The position numbers and the translations under genes are program-made. A DNA stretch of 64,000 nucleotides. Origin: Candidatus Latescibacterota bacterium. GTDB lineage: Bacteria; Latescibacterota; UBA2968; GCA-2709665. The notes beneath the pieces are model-generated. The model had not been told where the DNA came from, did no database searches, and was given only the letters and a program-made list of their open reading frames with translations. Positions 31,965 through 42,689 of the stretch are shown here, in pieces. The first letter of the stretch is position 1, and every line of letters begins with the position of its first letter. The stretch is taken from NCBI GenBank assembly GCA_965219995.1, contig CBDCOX010000002.1, positions 2,336,001-2,400,000 on the forward strand. Direction: 5' to 3'.

Positions 31965-32759
31965 AGGCGCAGGACCCAGCGCAGCAGCGCATGCGACCCG
32001 GCCAGGTCGGCGGGCGAGGCAATCCGCTGCGCCCGGGTCCACCGTAAGAGGAGTGGGTCTGAATTGGAATGAAGGAGACGAATGGAAATCGTAGAGAGGC
32101 GGCTCCGGCATTACTGCCGCATTGGCGGAGTCGGAAGGAGAGGAAAACGGGAATGGGAGATCTTCTTCAAGACGATTGGCCCGATTCACGTCGTTCACGT
32201 TTCGTACCCGTCGAAACGATGCGGTCGCCGGGGCCATCCCCGCTGCTACTGGCCTGAGTACCATGTCCACTCCCTCCCTTTTGCCTTCCATAATTCAGTC
32301 TGGCCCGCCGGATGCGCTTGAGTCGCGGTTTCCGGCTGTGCGGGCTTGTGGGACTGTGAGCAGGTTGGAAAGGATACGCCGAATCGATCTTCGGAATACC
32401 GCTTCGGCGTCGTTTCTGGATGAAGTCGTTGCGGCGGAAGCCGCAGGAGTCCTTGCAGTCTAGAAACAAAGTGTTATCGACCTGGTACTGTGGCTCCTTT
32501 CTCTGCTGTTTTCAGCCGAAATCGTGTCGCGGTTAAGTTAAACCAACCGCAGGAGACCGGCAAATCGAAACCGGTGTGAGGCGACGTATGGATATTGGCC
32601 GGCCAACCGTACGTTCGTCTCGCATCGTCGATATTCTGACAATCCTACTTGGTCGGCCGCCCTTCGACGTAATGGACAAGAACCCTCGATTCACAACATG
32701 CCCGGAAAACTTCGCACGAGTATTACGCAATGTCAATGATGAAGGTTTGTCCGCACGTC

Positions 32760-33458
32760 CTAAACTTGCCCCAGTTTCCAATTTCTGCGATACGTGGTCG
32801 GGTTCGTCCCGTACTTCTCCTTGAAAGCCTTGCTGAACGTCGATAAAGATCCAAAGCCGCAGAGGTAGGCGATTTCCGAAATCGACGCCGAGGTGCCGGT
32901 CAGTACTTCTTCGGCCTTGGCCAGACGAACGCTGCGCAGACTCACGCTGAACGATTCTCCCAGATGTTTCTTGAACAGGGTATATCCATACGACTTCGAG
33001 AACCGGAAATGACGCTCGAGATCCTCGAATCTCAATTGGGGATTGCTGTAATTGTCTTCGAGAAACGACTCCAGACGGCTCTTCCACATGTCCTGCAATG
33101 GCATATATCTGCGAATGTTCGCCAGAAATACATCCCTGTCGATCGGTTTGTCCGTTACGCTCATGGCAAACGGCTTCTGGACGTTTTCTCCCAGTTCGGA
33201 GGTCCCCATACTGGTCACGAGCAAGATGGCTGTCCGGATCTCCTCCGCCTTCACACCTTCCAATAGTGTTATCCCGTCCTTATCCTCGACACAGGCAACG
33301 ACCACGGCGAGGTCGATCCTGTCCTTCCTCAGAATCTCAAGTCCGTCCGTTCCATCTTCCGCCGTGAGGATCTCATAGGGTTCGTCCTGCAGGAATCCTG
33401 CCAGTTCCGACGTGACAACCGGATCTCGATCCACAATCAGAATTTTCCGCCTATCCAT
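32760..33458 (-). CDS. Atypical receiver domain + AraC-type HTH regulator
   Basis: KILIVD...DGLEILRKDRIDLAVV...DKPID receiver fold; ISEIAYLCGFGSLSTFSKAFKEKYGTNPTTYR AraC signature. Confidence 0.85.
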   Translation of the reverse strand: MDRRKILIVDRDPVVTSELAGFLQDEPYEILTAEDGTDGLEILRKDRIDLAVVVACVEDKDGITLLEGVKAEEIRTAILLVTSMGTSELGENVQKPFAMSVTDKPIDRDVFLANIRRYMPLQDMWKSRLESFLEDNYSNPQLRFEDLERHFRFSKSYGYTLFKKHLGESFSVSLRSVRLAKAEEVLTGTSASISEIAYLCGFGSLSTFSKAFKEKYGTNPTTYRRNWKLGQV

Positions 33459-33626
33459 TACGTTAGTACCCCCCCCCGGTAATCGAAGTTGCACCACACA
33501 GAAATACCACGCAAATGCCTCAGGGAATCTCCGGACAAAGGCGCTCCGGAGCGGGTCATCGCGGTTCACTCTAAGAATATCTGTGACGGAATTCCGATGT
33601 CAAGACCGCAAGTTTGTTCTGGAGTA

Positions 33627-34325
33627 CTATATTTGTCCCAGTTTACAATTTCTGCGATATGTAGTTGGATTTCTGCCATTTTTCGACTTGAATACCTTGC
33701 TGAACGTCGACAGGGATGCGAAGCCGCACAGGTAGGCGATTTCCGATACCGATGCCGAGGTGTCCTTCAGCGCTTTCTCCGCCTTGGCCAGGCGAACTCG
33801 ACGCAGCCGAGATGTGAACGACTCTCCCAGACGCGTCCTGAACAATCCATATCCATAGGTTCTGGAAAACCTGAAGTGGCGCTCGACGTCTTCGAATTTC
33901 AGTTCCGGATTGCTGTAGTTGTTTTCCAGAAACGAATCCAGCCGGTGTTCCCATTTGTCTTGCATGGGCAGACAATTCCGTATACTCGCCAGGAACGAAT
34001 CCCTGTCTATCGGCTTATCAAATGCGCTTACGGCATAGGCGCTGTTCGAATTCCGCAGCGAATCCATCTTTCCGAACCTCGTCACGAGCAACATCACCGT
34101 GCGGATCTCCTCTGTTCTCACGCCCTCCAGGAGTGTTCTGCCGGCCATATCCTGTACAGACGCCTCGATCACGGCAAGGTCGATCCTCTCGGTTCTGACG
34201 ATTTCGAGGCCTCTTTTCCCGTTTTCCGCCGTGACGATCTCACAGGGTTCGTCCTTCAGGAATCCAGCAAGTGTCGACATTGTGCCCGACTCACTCCCAA
34301 CGATCAATATCTTCGGCTTGTTCAT
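33627..34325 (-). CDS. Atypical receiver domain + AraC-type HTH regulator (tandem paralog)
   Basis: KILIVG...DLAVIE...DKPID; VSEIAYLCGFASLSTFSKVFKSKNGRNPTTYR. Confidence 0.85.
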   Translation of the reverse strand: MNKPKILIVGSESGTMSTLAGFLKDEPCEIVTAENGKRGLEIVRTERIDLAVIEASVQDMAGRTLLEGVRTEEIRTVMLLVTRFGKMDSLRNSNSAYAVSAFDKPIDRDSFLASIRNCLPMQDKWEHRLDSFLENNYSNPELKFEDVERHFRFSRTYGYGLFRTRLGESFTSRLRRVRLAKAEKALKDTSASVSEIAYLCGFASLSTFSKVFKSKNGRNPTTYRRNCKLGQI

Positions 34326-35131
34326 GTGTCAAGTCCCCGGGAAAATATGGGTTACCTGTTCCCCTGGCGCACAGACGCACCGGGTACGAGCGGTACAGAG
34401 TCTCCGGAGTACGCCGGTTTACAGCCGGCCGTTACATCGCACGCCATTAACGCATGCACCGGAAACGGGGATGAAAACAGTTCGAAAGGAAGATGACTCG
34501 GGAGAGGATGTGGCTTGATCGCCAGCAGAACTACCGGGAGAGGGAGCGAATCTGCTGATCTGCGATTGATGCGACTGCGAGGAAATCGAAAACACCGGGC
34601 CCGGCACACTGGCGGTGCTGAGCGCGAAGGCAGGATTTTTGGGTGAGAACGCCATATTCAAGAGTGCGAACGGTCCTACGAATTGTGGGTTTATCTTTCG
34701 GTCCTGTGGATTCCAAAAGGATCGGTGTCAATTACCTGATGACCCCAAGACCGAATTGCTCATCCTTCTGTCTTACACAATCAACAAACCGTTCACGCAA
34801 TTGTCGGCGGCGTTTCCCTCCCGAATGGGTCCGGAATGAGTGAGTACCGATGACCTGTTCAGTGATGGGCAACCAGGGAGCGTCACTCAGAGCAGGTCGA
34901 TTCTTATTCCGTTCGATAATTGCGCTTCACACGCTCCTTGTCCGCCTGAAGTTCCAAAAAAAAATGGGCCGGACGATAAGTTCCCAAATAATCGAAACTT
35001 ATAAATCTCGACCCGTCGAGGAACCAGGTTTAGCCGTGCGTATCAACGGTTGCGTCGGTGGCGTATGTGATGCAACTACGGTTCTCCGGTCCTGCCCTGA
35101 ATCGGCGCGACGATCTTCCGCCTTTTCTCCC

Positions 35132-38100
35132 TCATCGATAAACGATCAACCGCTCTTTCTCACGCACGCGTTTCCGGCCGTCGTCCGCGGTAACCGTATA
35201 CAGGTAGACGCCATTGGCCAGCAGATGCCCGTCGGCATCCCGGCCGTCCCACCGGACCTGGTTATAACCCGCCCGCCCGGGAACGCGATCCAGGTTCCGG
35301 ATCAGTCGACCGGAAATCGTAAAGATGCGAATGCTCACATCCGCCGGACGGGACAGAATGTACGTAAAGTCCGTGGCCCCGGCGGTGGGATTCGGTACGT
35401 TCAGCACGCTCTCGATCGCGAGGTCCGAAGATACCTGGAACGCCACGGATTTTTCAGCCGGGCCGTTGCCCAGTTGATCGGTACCTGAAACCGCAAGCGT
35501 ATAACGTCCGTCATCCAGGCGCGATGACCAGGTAAATCGTAACGACGTCGGATCCTCTTTCCGGTCCACCACCCGGTCCGAGGCCAGTCCGTCCGAGATT
35601 TCACCGCCGGTTCCTGTGAGGACAATCCGCACCGACCCGCCGTCAATCCCGCTCGAATCCCGAAATACCGCCGAGAACGTCGGCGTCGCCGGCAGAAAGT
35701 CGTCGGGACGCACCTCACCCGCGGCGTCCAACGCAACCAGGTCCAGTTCAGGGCCCGCCCTATCGTCGCTCGGATGGACTTCAACCGCCTTCTCGGCGGT
35801 GGTCTCTCTCGCGTAATAGCTACGGCCGCCCGAGAGATCCTCCAGCCGGGCTGTAACGACGTTCGTCCCTGCAAATCTCGCGGTATTCCAGACGTGGGAC
35901 ACGGAGGCCGTTTCGCCGGCAGGGGTTCCTTCGGGCACCGACGCCCTTCCAATCAGCCGTCCGTCTTCGGGCGCGCCGCTGTAAAACGCCACCACGGCCC
36001 CCGGAACCAGATCCAGAGGTCCCATGTTCCGGGCCTGGACCGTCAGCCGCACGGGATCCAGTTCATCGACTTCCAGGGACGACGCTTCCAGCCCGGACAG
36101 AAAGAGATCGGACTGCGGCCGGTACCGTACCTGCCAACCGATGAGTCCGGCGGACGGTCCCAGTTTCTCTCCGTACAGCCGGACCCGGATCCGGATGCGG
36201 TTTTCTCTGATGTCGCTCAGATTGATCTCGTCGTCGGCCTCAAGGCTGCTCCACTCGGCAAGAGGGACGAATCCGCCGGACGGCGTCGCACCCAGAATAT
36301 CCACCTCCGCCCGCCCGCCGGTCACCTCGCGGACGTCGAGCGTCAGGCCATGCCATGCGCCGGCAGGACCGATCGGATCCGATACGAGAGTCCCATACGG
36401 CGGCAGCGTTTTCCCCGCGTACCGGTAAACCGTCGGGCCGTTCAGCTGACCCATCCACACCTTGTTGTTCATCCAGTCGTACTGACCGGTCAAAATATCG
36501 GTCTCCGCCTGGTCACTGTCGTATTCTTCGACAAATTCCCCGCTCCGGGCATCGACCACCCGAACCCTGTGGGTCAGTCCGGTTCCGAATTCTATCAGGT
36601 ACAGGTATCTTCCGTCCGCAATTACGCCGTCCGTGACCAGATAGGCAAACCCGGTCTCGGTTGGCGCTACGGTGAATTCGCGCTCCACCCTCCAGCCGTC
36701 CGCCGGATCGAACACGCGTACCGACCATCCCGCGCGCTGCACGCCATCCACCGCTGCCGCGAGGTTGTAAATGTAGGTACCGTCCGACGTGATCAGCGAA
36801 TGCCCGTCGAATACCAGTCCGGTTCGAAACTCCATCAACCCGTCCGGCACACTCACGCGGTCCACAACGCCCGTTGCGGGCGCGATCCTCAAAAGTTCGC
36901 GTCCACGCCGGTTGTCGGCGTAGATAAACCCGTCGCCATGGTAGGTTGCCGAAACGCCCAGCACGGGCGACTCGGAAAGGGCCCCGTGATTCTGTCCGGC
37001 TCGAGTGCCCCCGAACCCCGTGCCGATCCGCTCGAATATATCGGTTCCGGGATAATCCGTGGTAGGGGAATAGAACCGGCTTACATAAAGGTAGGCCCCA
37101 TCCGTACACAACACGCCGGTACCCCGGACGCCCTCGGCCGCGAACGCCTCTTCGCGCGTGTCCGCGTTCAGCCGCAATGGAGGCGGATCGACCACCCGCG
37201 AAATCGCACCATCCGACAGCCGAACGTCTGTTGCGGCCGCCGACCTGAGGACGCCGGCGGCGCCCTGTTGCCAAAGGACCTCTCGCGCGGGCGCGGCGGT
37301 CCGCGCGTTGAAGTCCCTGGTCTCGGACCAGGCCCCGAATTCCTCACCCTCTCGCACTCGAGTCCGCCAGAAGTAGGTTCCGGGAGCCAGTTCGGGCGCT
37401 TCCCACAACACGAGCCCCGCACGCCCCGCAATGGATCCGGATCGAATCACACCCGGGCCGTCGAACGCCGGCGAACCGCTCACCTGGAATTCTCCGTGCA
37501 TTTCCCGCGCGCCGGTCTCCGTCCGCACGGCCAGCCTTACCCCGGAAGCGGGTACCACCTGGCTCTGCCTTGGCATCGTGGGAATGGCCGACAGACTTCC
37601 AACCACGTCCAACTCGACCTCCACGTGGTTGTTGGCTTCATCCAACTCCCGAATCTCATCATCGGGATCCACCGTGAGCGCCAACGCGTGTCTCCCGGCG
37701 CGTCCCGACAGCCGCCACATCACCGCCGTGCTGTCCGACTGGCCGAAGGCGGGGAAAACGCCCGCGAACAGTGTATCCGCCTCTCCCCGATCCAGATTGC
37801 GATCCACCAGTACAACCGCAGGCCCCGCGCGAGGCGTGATCCCTATGTTCTCTATCCGGATGGCGATCCGAACCGAATCATCCACTGTCAATTGTGCGGC
37901 CCGCGCGACGTTCAGGCTTCCGGAATCCAGCAGGAAGTCCGGTTCGGGCAATATGGCAAGCTCCTGTGCCGGGTCTCCAATCAATTGGATACCGAGGGTA
38001 AGTGTCTTCAGTTCAGGAAACCGTGTATCCAGCGCCGCCTTGGCCACCGCCAGACCGGCGCCGAATTCCCGAACCCCGTCTCTGAAAAACGCCGCAAACA

Positions 38101-40900
38101 GGCGGTCGTTCAGAAAGTCGTTGGTGATGACGCCGGCAAGCGCTGACGCCGAGATGTATGCGATCGCGCCGCCATCCGCCTTCCTGGTCATTTCCGCGGC
38201 AAGGCACGTGAATCTCGGATCCGAAAACTGCCCGTTCAAACACGACAGTGCCACCACAATCGGCAGTCGTTCCGCATTGACAATCTGGCGCATGTAATTG
38301 TAGCTCTCTCGCTGAAAACTCCCTCTCAGGAACCGCGCCATTCCCGAGACGCTTCCGTGTCCCAGAAAGTTCACCAGCAGCCGTCCTTCGTTGATCTGCC
38401 GGATCACCTCGCCGGTATCTTCATTGGGTTCAGGCCCGATATCCTCATCGTTGTAGACCTTAAAGGATTCGAGACCCAGCGGCGCGGTGTAGTTCGCCGC
38501 CAGACGGTCGCTGGGCGCCGTGAAGATTGACAACGGATCGTAGTTGGCCATAAACAGCACCCGGTCCCGCCAACGTTCATTCGGCGCCCGATCGTACGAT
38601 TCGATTTTCCGGACCAGTGCGGCGGCCTCGCGGCGGGTGACCATCGGGAGGCGACCCACGAAAACATCCTGGAACAGGTCGTCCTCGGGTCCCGCGACGG
38701 CGCCGAAAAAATGGTCCGAATACGCCAGTCCCCTCCTCACGGACTGGAAGGGAAGCGAGGGAACCAGAGACCTGTCCACGTGCCGCACAATGGCGGATTC
38801 GTCAAAGTTGCGCCGGTAGTCGAAGCTGTCGGGGCCGAATAACAGGAGATAGGTCGGTCGCCTCGTCCAGTTCTCCCACGCGTGCCGCATGAATCGACGG
38901 ATCGCCTGAGGTTCGAACTGCCCGAAGGAGAACGCATCGTAAATCTCCGTGACGTCCGCGATCTGCACCCGCAACCCCTGCGCGCGGCGGTGATCGGCCA
39001 GGCGCTCCGCCGCCTCGCGAAACCGGGGATGGATGACGATCACATAGTCGGCCCCGTCGTTTCCGAACGCCGGCACTTCGGCCGCCTCCCCGGCCGGCGC
39101 CCGCCGGATGGCCTCCGAATCCATCGCAACAAAACGTCCGGTCACGGCCGGCAGCTCGAACCGGGCTTGAAATCCCGTCTCCGACGGCGTCACCTGAATG
39201 TCCCGGATCTTCCGTGCCCCCGCGACGTCGTAGACGGAGACGTCGGCCGTTCGAAAACCCGCGATTGAGAAAGTCCTGCCCTCGTCGGCTTCGTCCGGCA
39301 CGAAATCCAGCCTTCCCTCCACACATTCAAACCGCCGGGAATATACGACCTGTACCCAGTTGAGAAACACGTGCTCGATATAGTTCGCCGGGAAATCCCC
39401 GGCGCCCGGGGTCGCCAGGGTCACCCGGCTCGTATCCGCCAGTTCCGACACCGGCACCACCCCTTCCGCCACGAACGCGCGTTTCCCGTCCCATCGGTCG
39501 TCAGCCACAATCGTGCCGTTCGAAAGCCGCACAACGGTGCGGTGATCGGGTTCGAAGAGTCGTCTGAACGTCAGCGCGTGCATACCCACCCGAATGCGGG
39601 CTGTCGTCCCTTCGGTGCGGTCCAGTCCCGGAAGTGTCACGGGCACCGTCACGGGGAACTCGCCCACGTTCTGAAAACTCGTACCCGGCCGTCCCGGCGA
39701 TCCGGTCCGCCCCCAGTACCAGTGGTCCCGGTCTGCGTCGGGCGCGTCTCCGAGCGGATCGTAGAGAGAATCGACTTCGGCATGCGCCAGGTGGGTGAAT
39801 CGAAGGGTTTCGGGAAATCCGTTTTGCGGCGAACCGTCCACCGGCTCATACCGGCGGCCGGGTCGGCCGTCCAGCGTCAGCCAATAGACCTGTTCGCGTC
39901 CGAGTTCATGCTCGAAGTCCCGATCCGGCGCGCGGCGATACTCCCCATGAAAGATCGCGCCCTCGCCCTCGCGCAACACGCCGTCTCCGTCGTCCTGTAC
40001 GTCTACGGGTACCTCCTGACCGTTCAGAAAAACCTTCAATCGTTCCAGATCGCCCGCCTGAAGCGCGATGCCGGCATCGCCGAACCAGTTCGCGTCCAGC
40101 CGGTACAGGCCGTCACTCCGTACCCGGATTTTGTAGTAGGCTGCAGCCGGATCCAGGCCCTCCGCGATCCGGAGCTTTCGCAGCCCGTCAGGTTGTTCGG
40201 CCCGGCCCCTCCAGGGCCGGGCCTGCTCCGCATTCAACAGCACGTTCCGGTAGAATTCCTCGAAACCGCCGCCCGTGCCTTCGTCTGAAGCGCGAACTCT
40301 GATGGATCGTTCATCACGCACGAATTGCACGCGTATGCGCAGCCTGCGGGCGATCCGCAGCTGTTGCCGCGCCGGATTGTACTGAATTGGCCTTAAGGAA
40401 ATTCCTGCGACCCGCTGATCCCGCAGGACGCCGATGCGCGTAACCACCGCCGGTTCCGCCGGATAGAGTCCGTCACGGGCGTAGAATTCGGCATCCGGCT
40501 CGTAAATTTCCACCTCCGTCCTGTAAGGCCCCCGGCCCGCCGGCCTGGACTCCGGCGCGGGCAGCAACAGCACGCCGGATATCACATCGAACTCCGCTTC
40601 CAGGACCGTTACGACGACCCGCGTTCCGTAAGGCACCCCCAGAAGCGTTCCCCGCACAGGCACCGCCGGACGCCCGGGTTCGGGCAGCAACCTGCCGCCG
40701 GGTAACTGAACCACGGTGTAGACTGAACCCTCGAGATGGACCTCACGAAGCCGATAGTCGGATCCATCAACCTCGATCTCCACCCCGTCTTCACCCGCCC
40801 ACACGAGGCGGGGCTGTCCTGTGTATGCCTCGGTCGCTACGTCTGCAATCATCAGCATCAATGAGCAAACCGCACAGACCTGAAGGAAACGTGCAGCCAT
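35132..40900 (-). CDS. Large C25 (gingipain/PorU-like) cysteine peptidase with propeptide, CARDB/Ig domains and FlgD-Ig C-terminal domain
   Basis: Signal peptide; propeptide (PGRPAVPV, PIQYNP); YKIRVRSDGLYRL; ADYVIVIH, IYDAFSFG, VFVGRLP; catalytic dyad NFLGHGS and LSCLNGQF; IGDPA; C-terminal NVPNPT...WDGRDADGHLLANGVYLY. Confidence 0.88.
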   Translation of the reverse strand: MAARFLQVCAVCSLMLMIADVATEAYTGQPRLVWAGEDGVEIEVDGSDYRLREVHLEGSVYTVVQLPGGRLLPEPGRPAVPVRGTLLGVPYGTRVVVTVLEAEFDVISGVLLLPAPESRPAGRGPYRTEVEIYEPDAEFYARDGLYPAEPAVVTRIGVLRDQRVAGISLRPIQYNPARQQLRIARRLRIRVQFVRDERSIRVRASDEGTGGGFEEFYRNVLLNAEQARPWRGRAEQPDGLRKLRIAEGLDPAAAYYKIRVRSDGLYRLDANWFGDAGIALQAGDLERLKVFLNGQEVPVDVQDDGDGVLREGEGAIFHGEYRRAPDRDFEHELGREQVYWLTLDGRPGRRYEPVDGSPQNGFPETLRFTHLAHAEVDSLYDPLGDAPDADRDHWYWGRTGSPGRPGTSFQNVGEFPVTVPVTLPGLDRTEGTTARIRVGMHALTFRRLFEPDHRTVVRLSNGTIVADDRWDGKRAFVAEGVVPVSELADTSRVTLATPGAGDFPANYIEHVFLNWVQVVYSRRFECVEGRLDFVPDEADEGRTFSIAGFRTADVSVYDVAGARKIRDIQVTPSETGFQARFELPAVTGRFVAMDSEAIRRAPAGEAAEVPAFGNDGADYVIVIHPRFREAAERLADHRRAQGLRVQIADVTEIYDAFSFGQFEPQAIRRFMRHAWENWTRRPTYLLLFGPDSFDYRRNFDESAIVRHVDRSLVPSLPFQSVRRGLAYSDHFFGAVAGPEDDLFQDVFVGRLPMVTRREAAALVRKIESYDRAPNERWRDRVLFMANYDPLSIFTAPSDRLAANYTAPLGLESFKVYNDEDIGPEPNEDTGEVIRQINEGRLLVNFLGHGSVSGMARFLRGSFQRESYNYMRQIVNAERLPIVVALSCLNGQFSDPRFTCLAAEMTRKADGGAIAYISASALAGVITNDFLNDRLFAAFFRDGVREFGAGLAVAKAALDTRFPELKTLTLGIQLIGDPAQELAILPEPDFLLDSGSLNVARAAQLTVDDSVRIAIRIENIGITPRAGPAVVLVDRNLDRGEADTLFAGVFPAFGQSDSTAVMWRLSGRAGRHALALTVDPDDEIRELDEANNHVEVELDVVGSLSAIPTMPRQSQVVPASGVRLAVRTETGAREMHGEFQVSGSPAFDGPGVIRSGSIAGRAGLVLWEAPELAPGTYFWRTRVREGEEFGAWSETRDFNARTAAPAREVLWQQGAAGVLRSAAATDVRLSDGAISRVVDPPPLRLNADTREEAFAAEGVRGTGVLCTDGAYLYVSRFYSPTTDYPGTDIFERIGTGFGGTRAGQNHGALSESPVLGVSATYHGDGFIYADNRRGRELLRIAPATGVVDRVSVPDGLMEFRTGLVFDGHSLITSDGTYIYNLAAAVDGVQRAGWSVRVFDPADGWRVEREFTVAPTETGFAYLVTDGVIADGRYLYLIEFGTGLTHRVRVVDARSGEFVEEYDSDQAETDILTGQYDWMNNKVWMGQLNGPTVYRYAGKTLPPYGTLVSDPIGPAGAWHGLTLDVREVTGGRAEVDILGATPSGGFVPLAEWSSLEADDEINLSDIRENRIRIRVRLYGEKLGPSAGLIGWQVRYRPQSDLFLSGLEASSLEVDELDPVRLTVQARNMGPLDLVPGAVVAFYSGAPEDGRLIGRASVPEGTPAGETASVSHVWNTARFAGTNVVTARLEDLSGGRSYYARETTAEKAVEVHPSDDRAGPELDLVALDAAGEVRPDDFLPATPTFSAVFRDSSGIDGGSVRIVLTGTGGEISDGLASDRVVDRKEDPTSLRFTWSSRLDDGRYTLAVSGTDQLGNGPAEKSVAFQVSSDLAIESVLNVPNPTAGATDFTYILSRPADVSIRIFTISGRLIRNLDRVPGRAGYNQVRWDGRDADGHLLANGVYLYTVTADDGRKRVREKERLIVYR

Positions 40901-40905
40901 ACCCC

Positions 40906-42507
40906 TTACCTTCGCTCGATTAACGGCTTCAACTCCCGGATACCCGTCCCGTCGAAAACCGCCACACGGCTTCCGTACGAGGGTTCCAGTACGACCTCGG
41001 CACGCGACGGGCCGTGTATCCGGACTCTACCCCATGTTCTCGTTACGGTCCCCGGACGCAACCGCTTGCCGTCTTCCCCGTAGAACGTCGTGGCATCCTT
41101 CCGACCGTGTACAGACAGGTAACCGCCACTTCTGATTTCAATCCGCCAGCGCATCGGACCCAGTTGCCTGACGTCGCTGGAAAACCCCCCGGGATCCGTA
41201 AGCCAGCAATGATTGACCGCAACCGCCGATGACGCCTCCCCCGCGCGGACCGCCAGCGCATTGCCAAGTCCGAAGGCGTACAACGGTATGTCTCCCAGAC
41301 TGCCAGGCAGGCTGAGCGCGGAAGGCACGTTAAAAACATAAACTGTTCCATCGCTTTCTTTCGTAAGCCGCGCCAGCGAATCCAGGACGTTTTCACTCAG
41401 GACGGAAGCCTCCCGCCAGAAAAACCCCTCACGAGCGAGCACCACGCCATAATAGCAGATCACCGCTGCAAGCATAAGGTTTCTGCACCACAGGACCCGC
41501 GTACGGTTCGGCCGCCATGCCGTCCAGACGTTCGCAACCGCAATGCAGAAGAAAACGGAAGGCAGATAAAGGTACCAGCGGTGTACCCGTCCCAGAACGG
41601 GAACCAGGCTGATCACTGTCAACCCACCCAGAACCATCGTATCCCGCAATACTTCCCGCGGGCGGCCCGACAAACAAAATACGCCGACGGTCGCGGCCAG
41701 CAGAACAACACCGAAGAGACGAACATCCGTCATTCCCAGCTTCGCCCCGGATTTGAGAATGTCCAGGCCGATCCCCGCCGCCGTCAGATCCCGATCCGGT
41801 ATCCCCGTGAAGACCCCGCCCAGCACGATCCAGCGTGCGCACAGGGTAACGCCAACGGTCCCGACACTGCACGCCACGGCACGCCGGGCCGTCGCGGAAC
41901 GAACCGTCCCGCAATAAACGAAAAGGACGAGAAGCACTCCTGGCAGAGCCAGCGCCATCTCCTTCGAAAACAGCGCCAGCAGGGCACACAGGCTTGCGGC
42001 CGCCATCATTCCCGGAGACGGACGGCGCTGGTACGCCAGAAACAGGAGCAGCGCCGACAGATAGAACATCGCACAGACGGAGTCCGTGCGGCCCACGATC
42101 CAGAATATCGTGTCCGTGTGGACGGGAAGCACCAGAAAGAGAAGGCACGCCGTCCAGGCGCCCAATGCCCGGTCCAGCAACTGCCGCGCCAGCAGATAAA
42201 CCAGTATGGCGCAGAGACAGTGAATCAGGACGTTGCCGACATGATAAAGCAGAGGTTCATACGCGGTGAACAGATACGTGACGTAAAACGTCAGGGTGAC
42301 GACCGGACGATAGTAGCCCCCGGCGCCCGCGAGGCCGGTCCAACCGGTGGTTAGAACAGATGGTATTCCCTCCGCACACAGACGGAGGTGACCCCAGTCA
42401 TCGTCTAGCAATGCCACCCCTGAAGAAATCCAGGCAAGCAGAACGGCGAAGAACCCGAACACCAGACATCCCGATAAGGTCCAGCCGATGGAACCGTGGT
42501 CCCGCAA
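40906..42507 (-). CDS. GT-C superfamily integral membrane glycosyltransferase (PMT/TMTC-like)
   Basis: DDDW after the first TM segment; YYRPV, YHVGNVLIH, PVHTDTIFWIVGR and LFSKEMA motifs; polytopic. Confidence 0.75.
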   Translation of the reverse strand: MRDHGSIGWTLSGCLVFGFFAVLLAWISSGVALLDDDWGHLRLCAEGIPSVLTTGWTGLAGAGGYYRPVVTLTFYVTYLFTAYEPLLYHVGNVLIHCLCAILVYLLARQLLDRALGAWTACLLFLVLPVHTDTIFWIVGRTDSVCAMFYLSALLLFLAYQRRPSPGMMAAASLCALLALFSKEMALALPGVLLVLFVYCGTVRSATARRAVACSVGTVGVTLCARWIVLGGVFTGIPDRDLTAAGIGLDILKSGAKLGMTDVRLFGVVLLAATVGVFCLSGRPREVLRDTMVLGGLTVISLVPVLGRVHRWYLYLPSVFFCIAVANVWTAWRPNRTRVLWCRNLMLAAVICYYGVVLAREGFFWREASVLSENVLDSLARLTKESDGTVYVFNVPSALSLPGSLGDIPLYAFGLGNALAVRAGEASSAVAVNHCWLTDPGGFSSDVRQLGPMRWRIEIRSGGYLSVHGRKDATTFYGEDGKRLRPGTVTRTWGRVRIHGPSRAEVVLEPSYGSRVAVFDGTGIRELKPLIERR

Positions 42508-42689
42508 AACGACTCCAAAATAAAAAAACCGGCGTCAGGCCAGCCCCGTCCCTGCCATCGAGAGGGTTCGGACGGTCCAACGCCAGTTGATTGATTCTCA
42601 TGATGCCGGATCGCGAATCGTGCGCCGCCGAGGCTGCTCCGACCGCCACCGTGACCCGGCCCGCCTGCACGCCGGGATTATGTATTCAC

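Noticed and set aside
34326-35131. ORF 34850-35488 and recurring AATCGAAA words (about 32563, 34585, 34991) as AraC sites
   Set aside because: The ORF overlaps the C25 3' end and has no motifs. The 8-mer is too short to support without statistics.
35774-38146. 790-aa plus-strand ORF, and similar long antisense ORFs such as 51489-53333, 57756-59174, 8647-9876 and 3010-4074
   Set aside because: These are shadow ORFs opposite well-supported genes in high-GC DNA, with no recognisable motifs.
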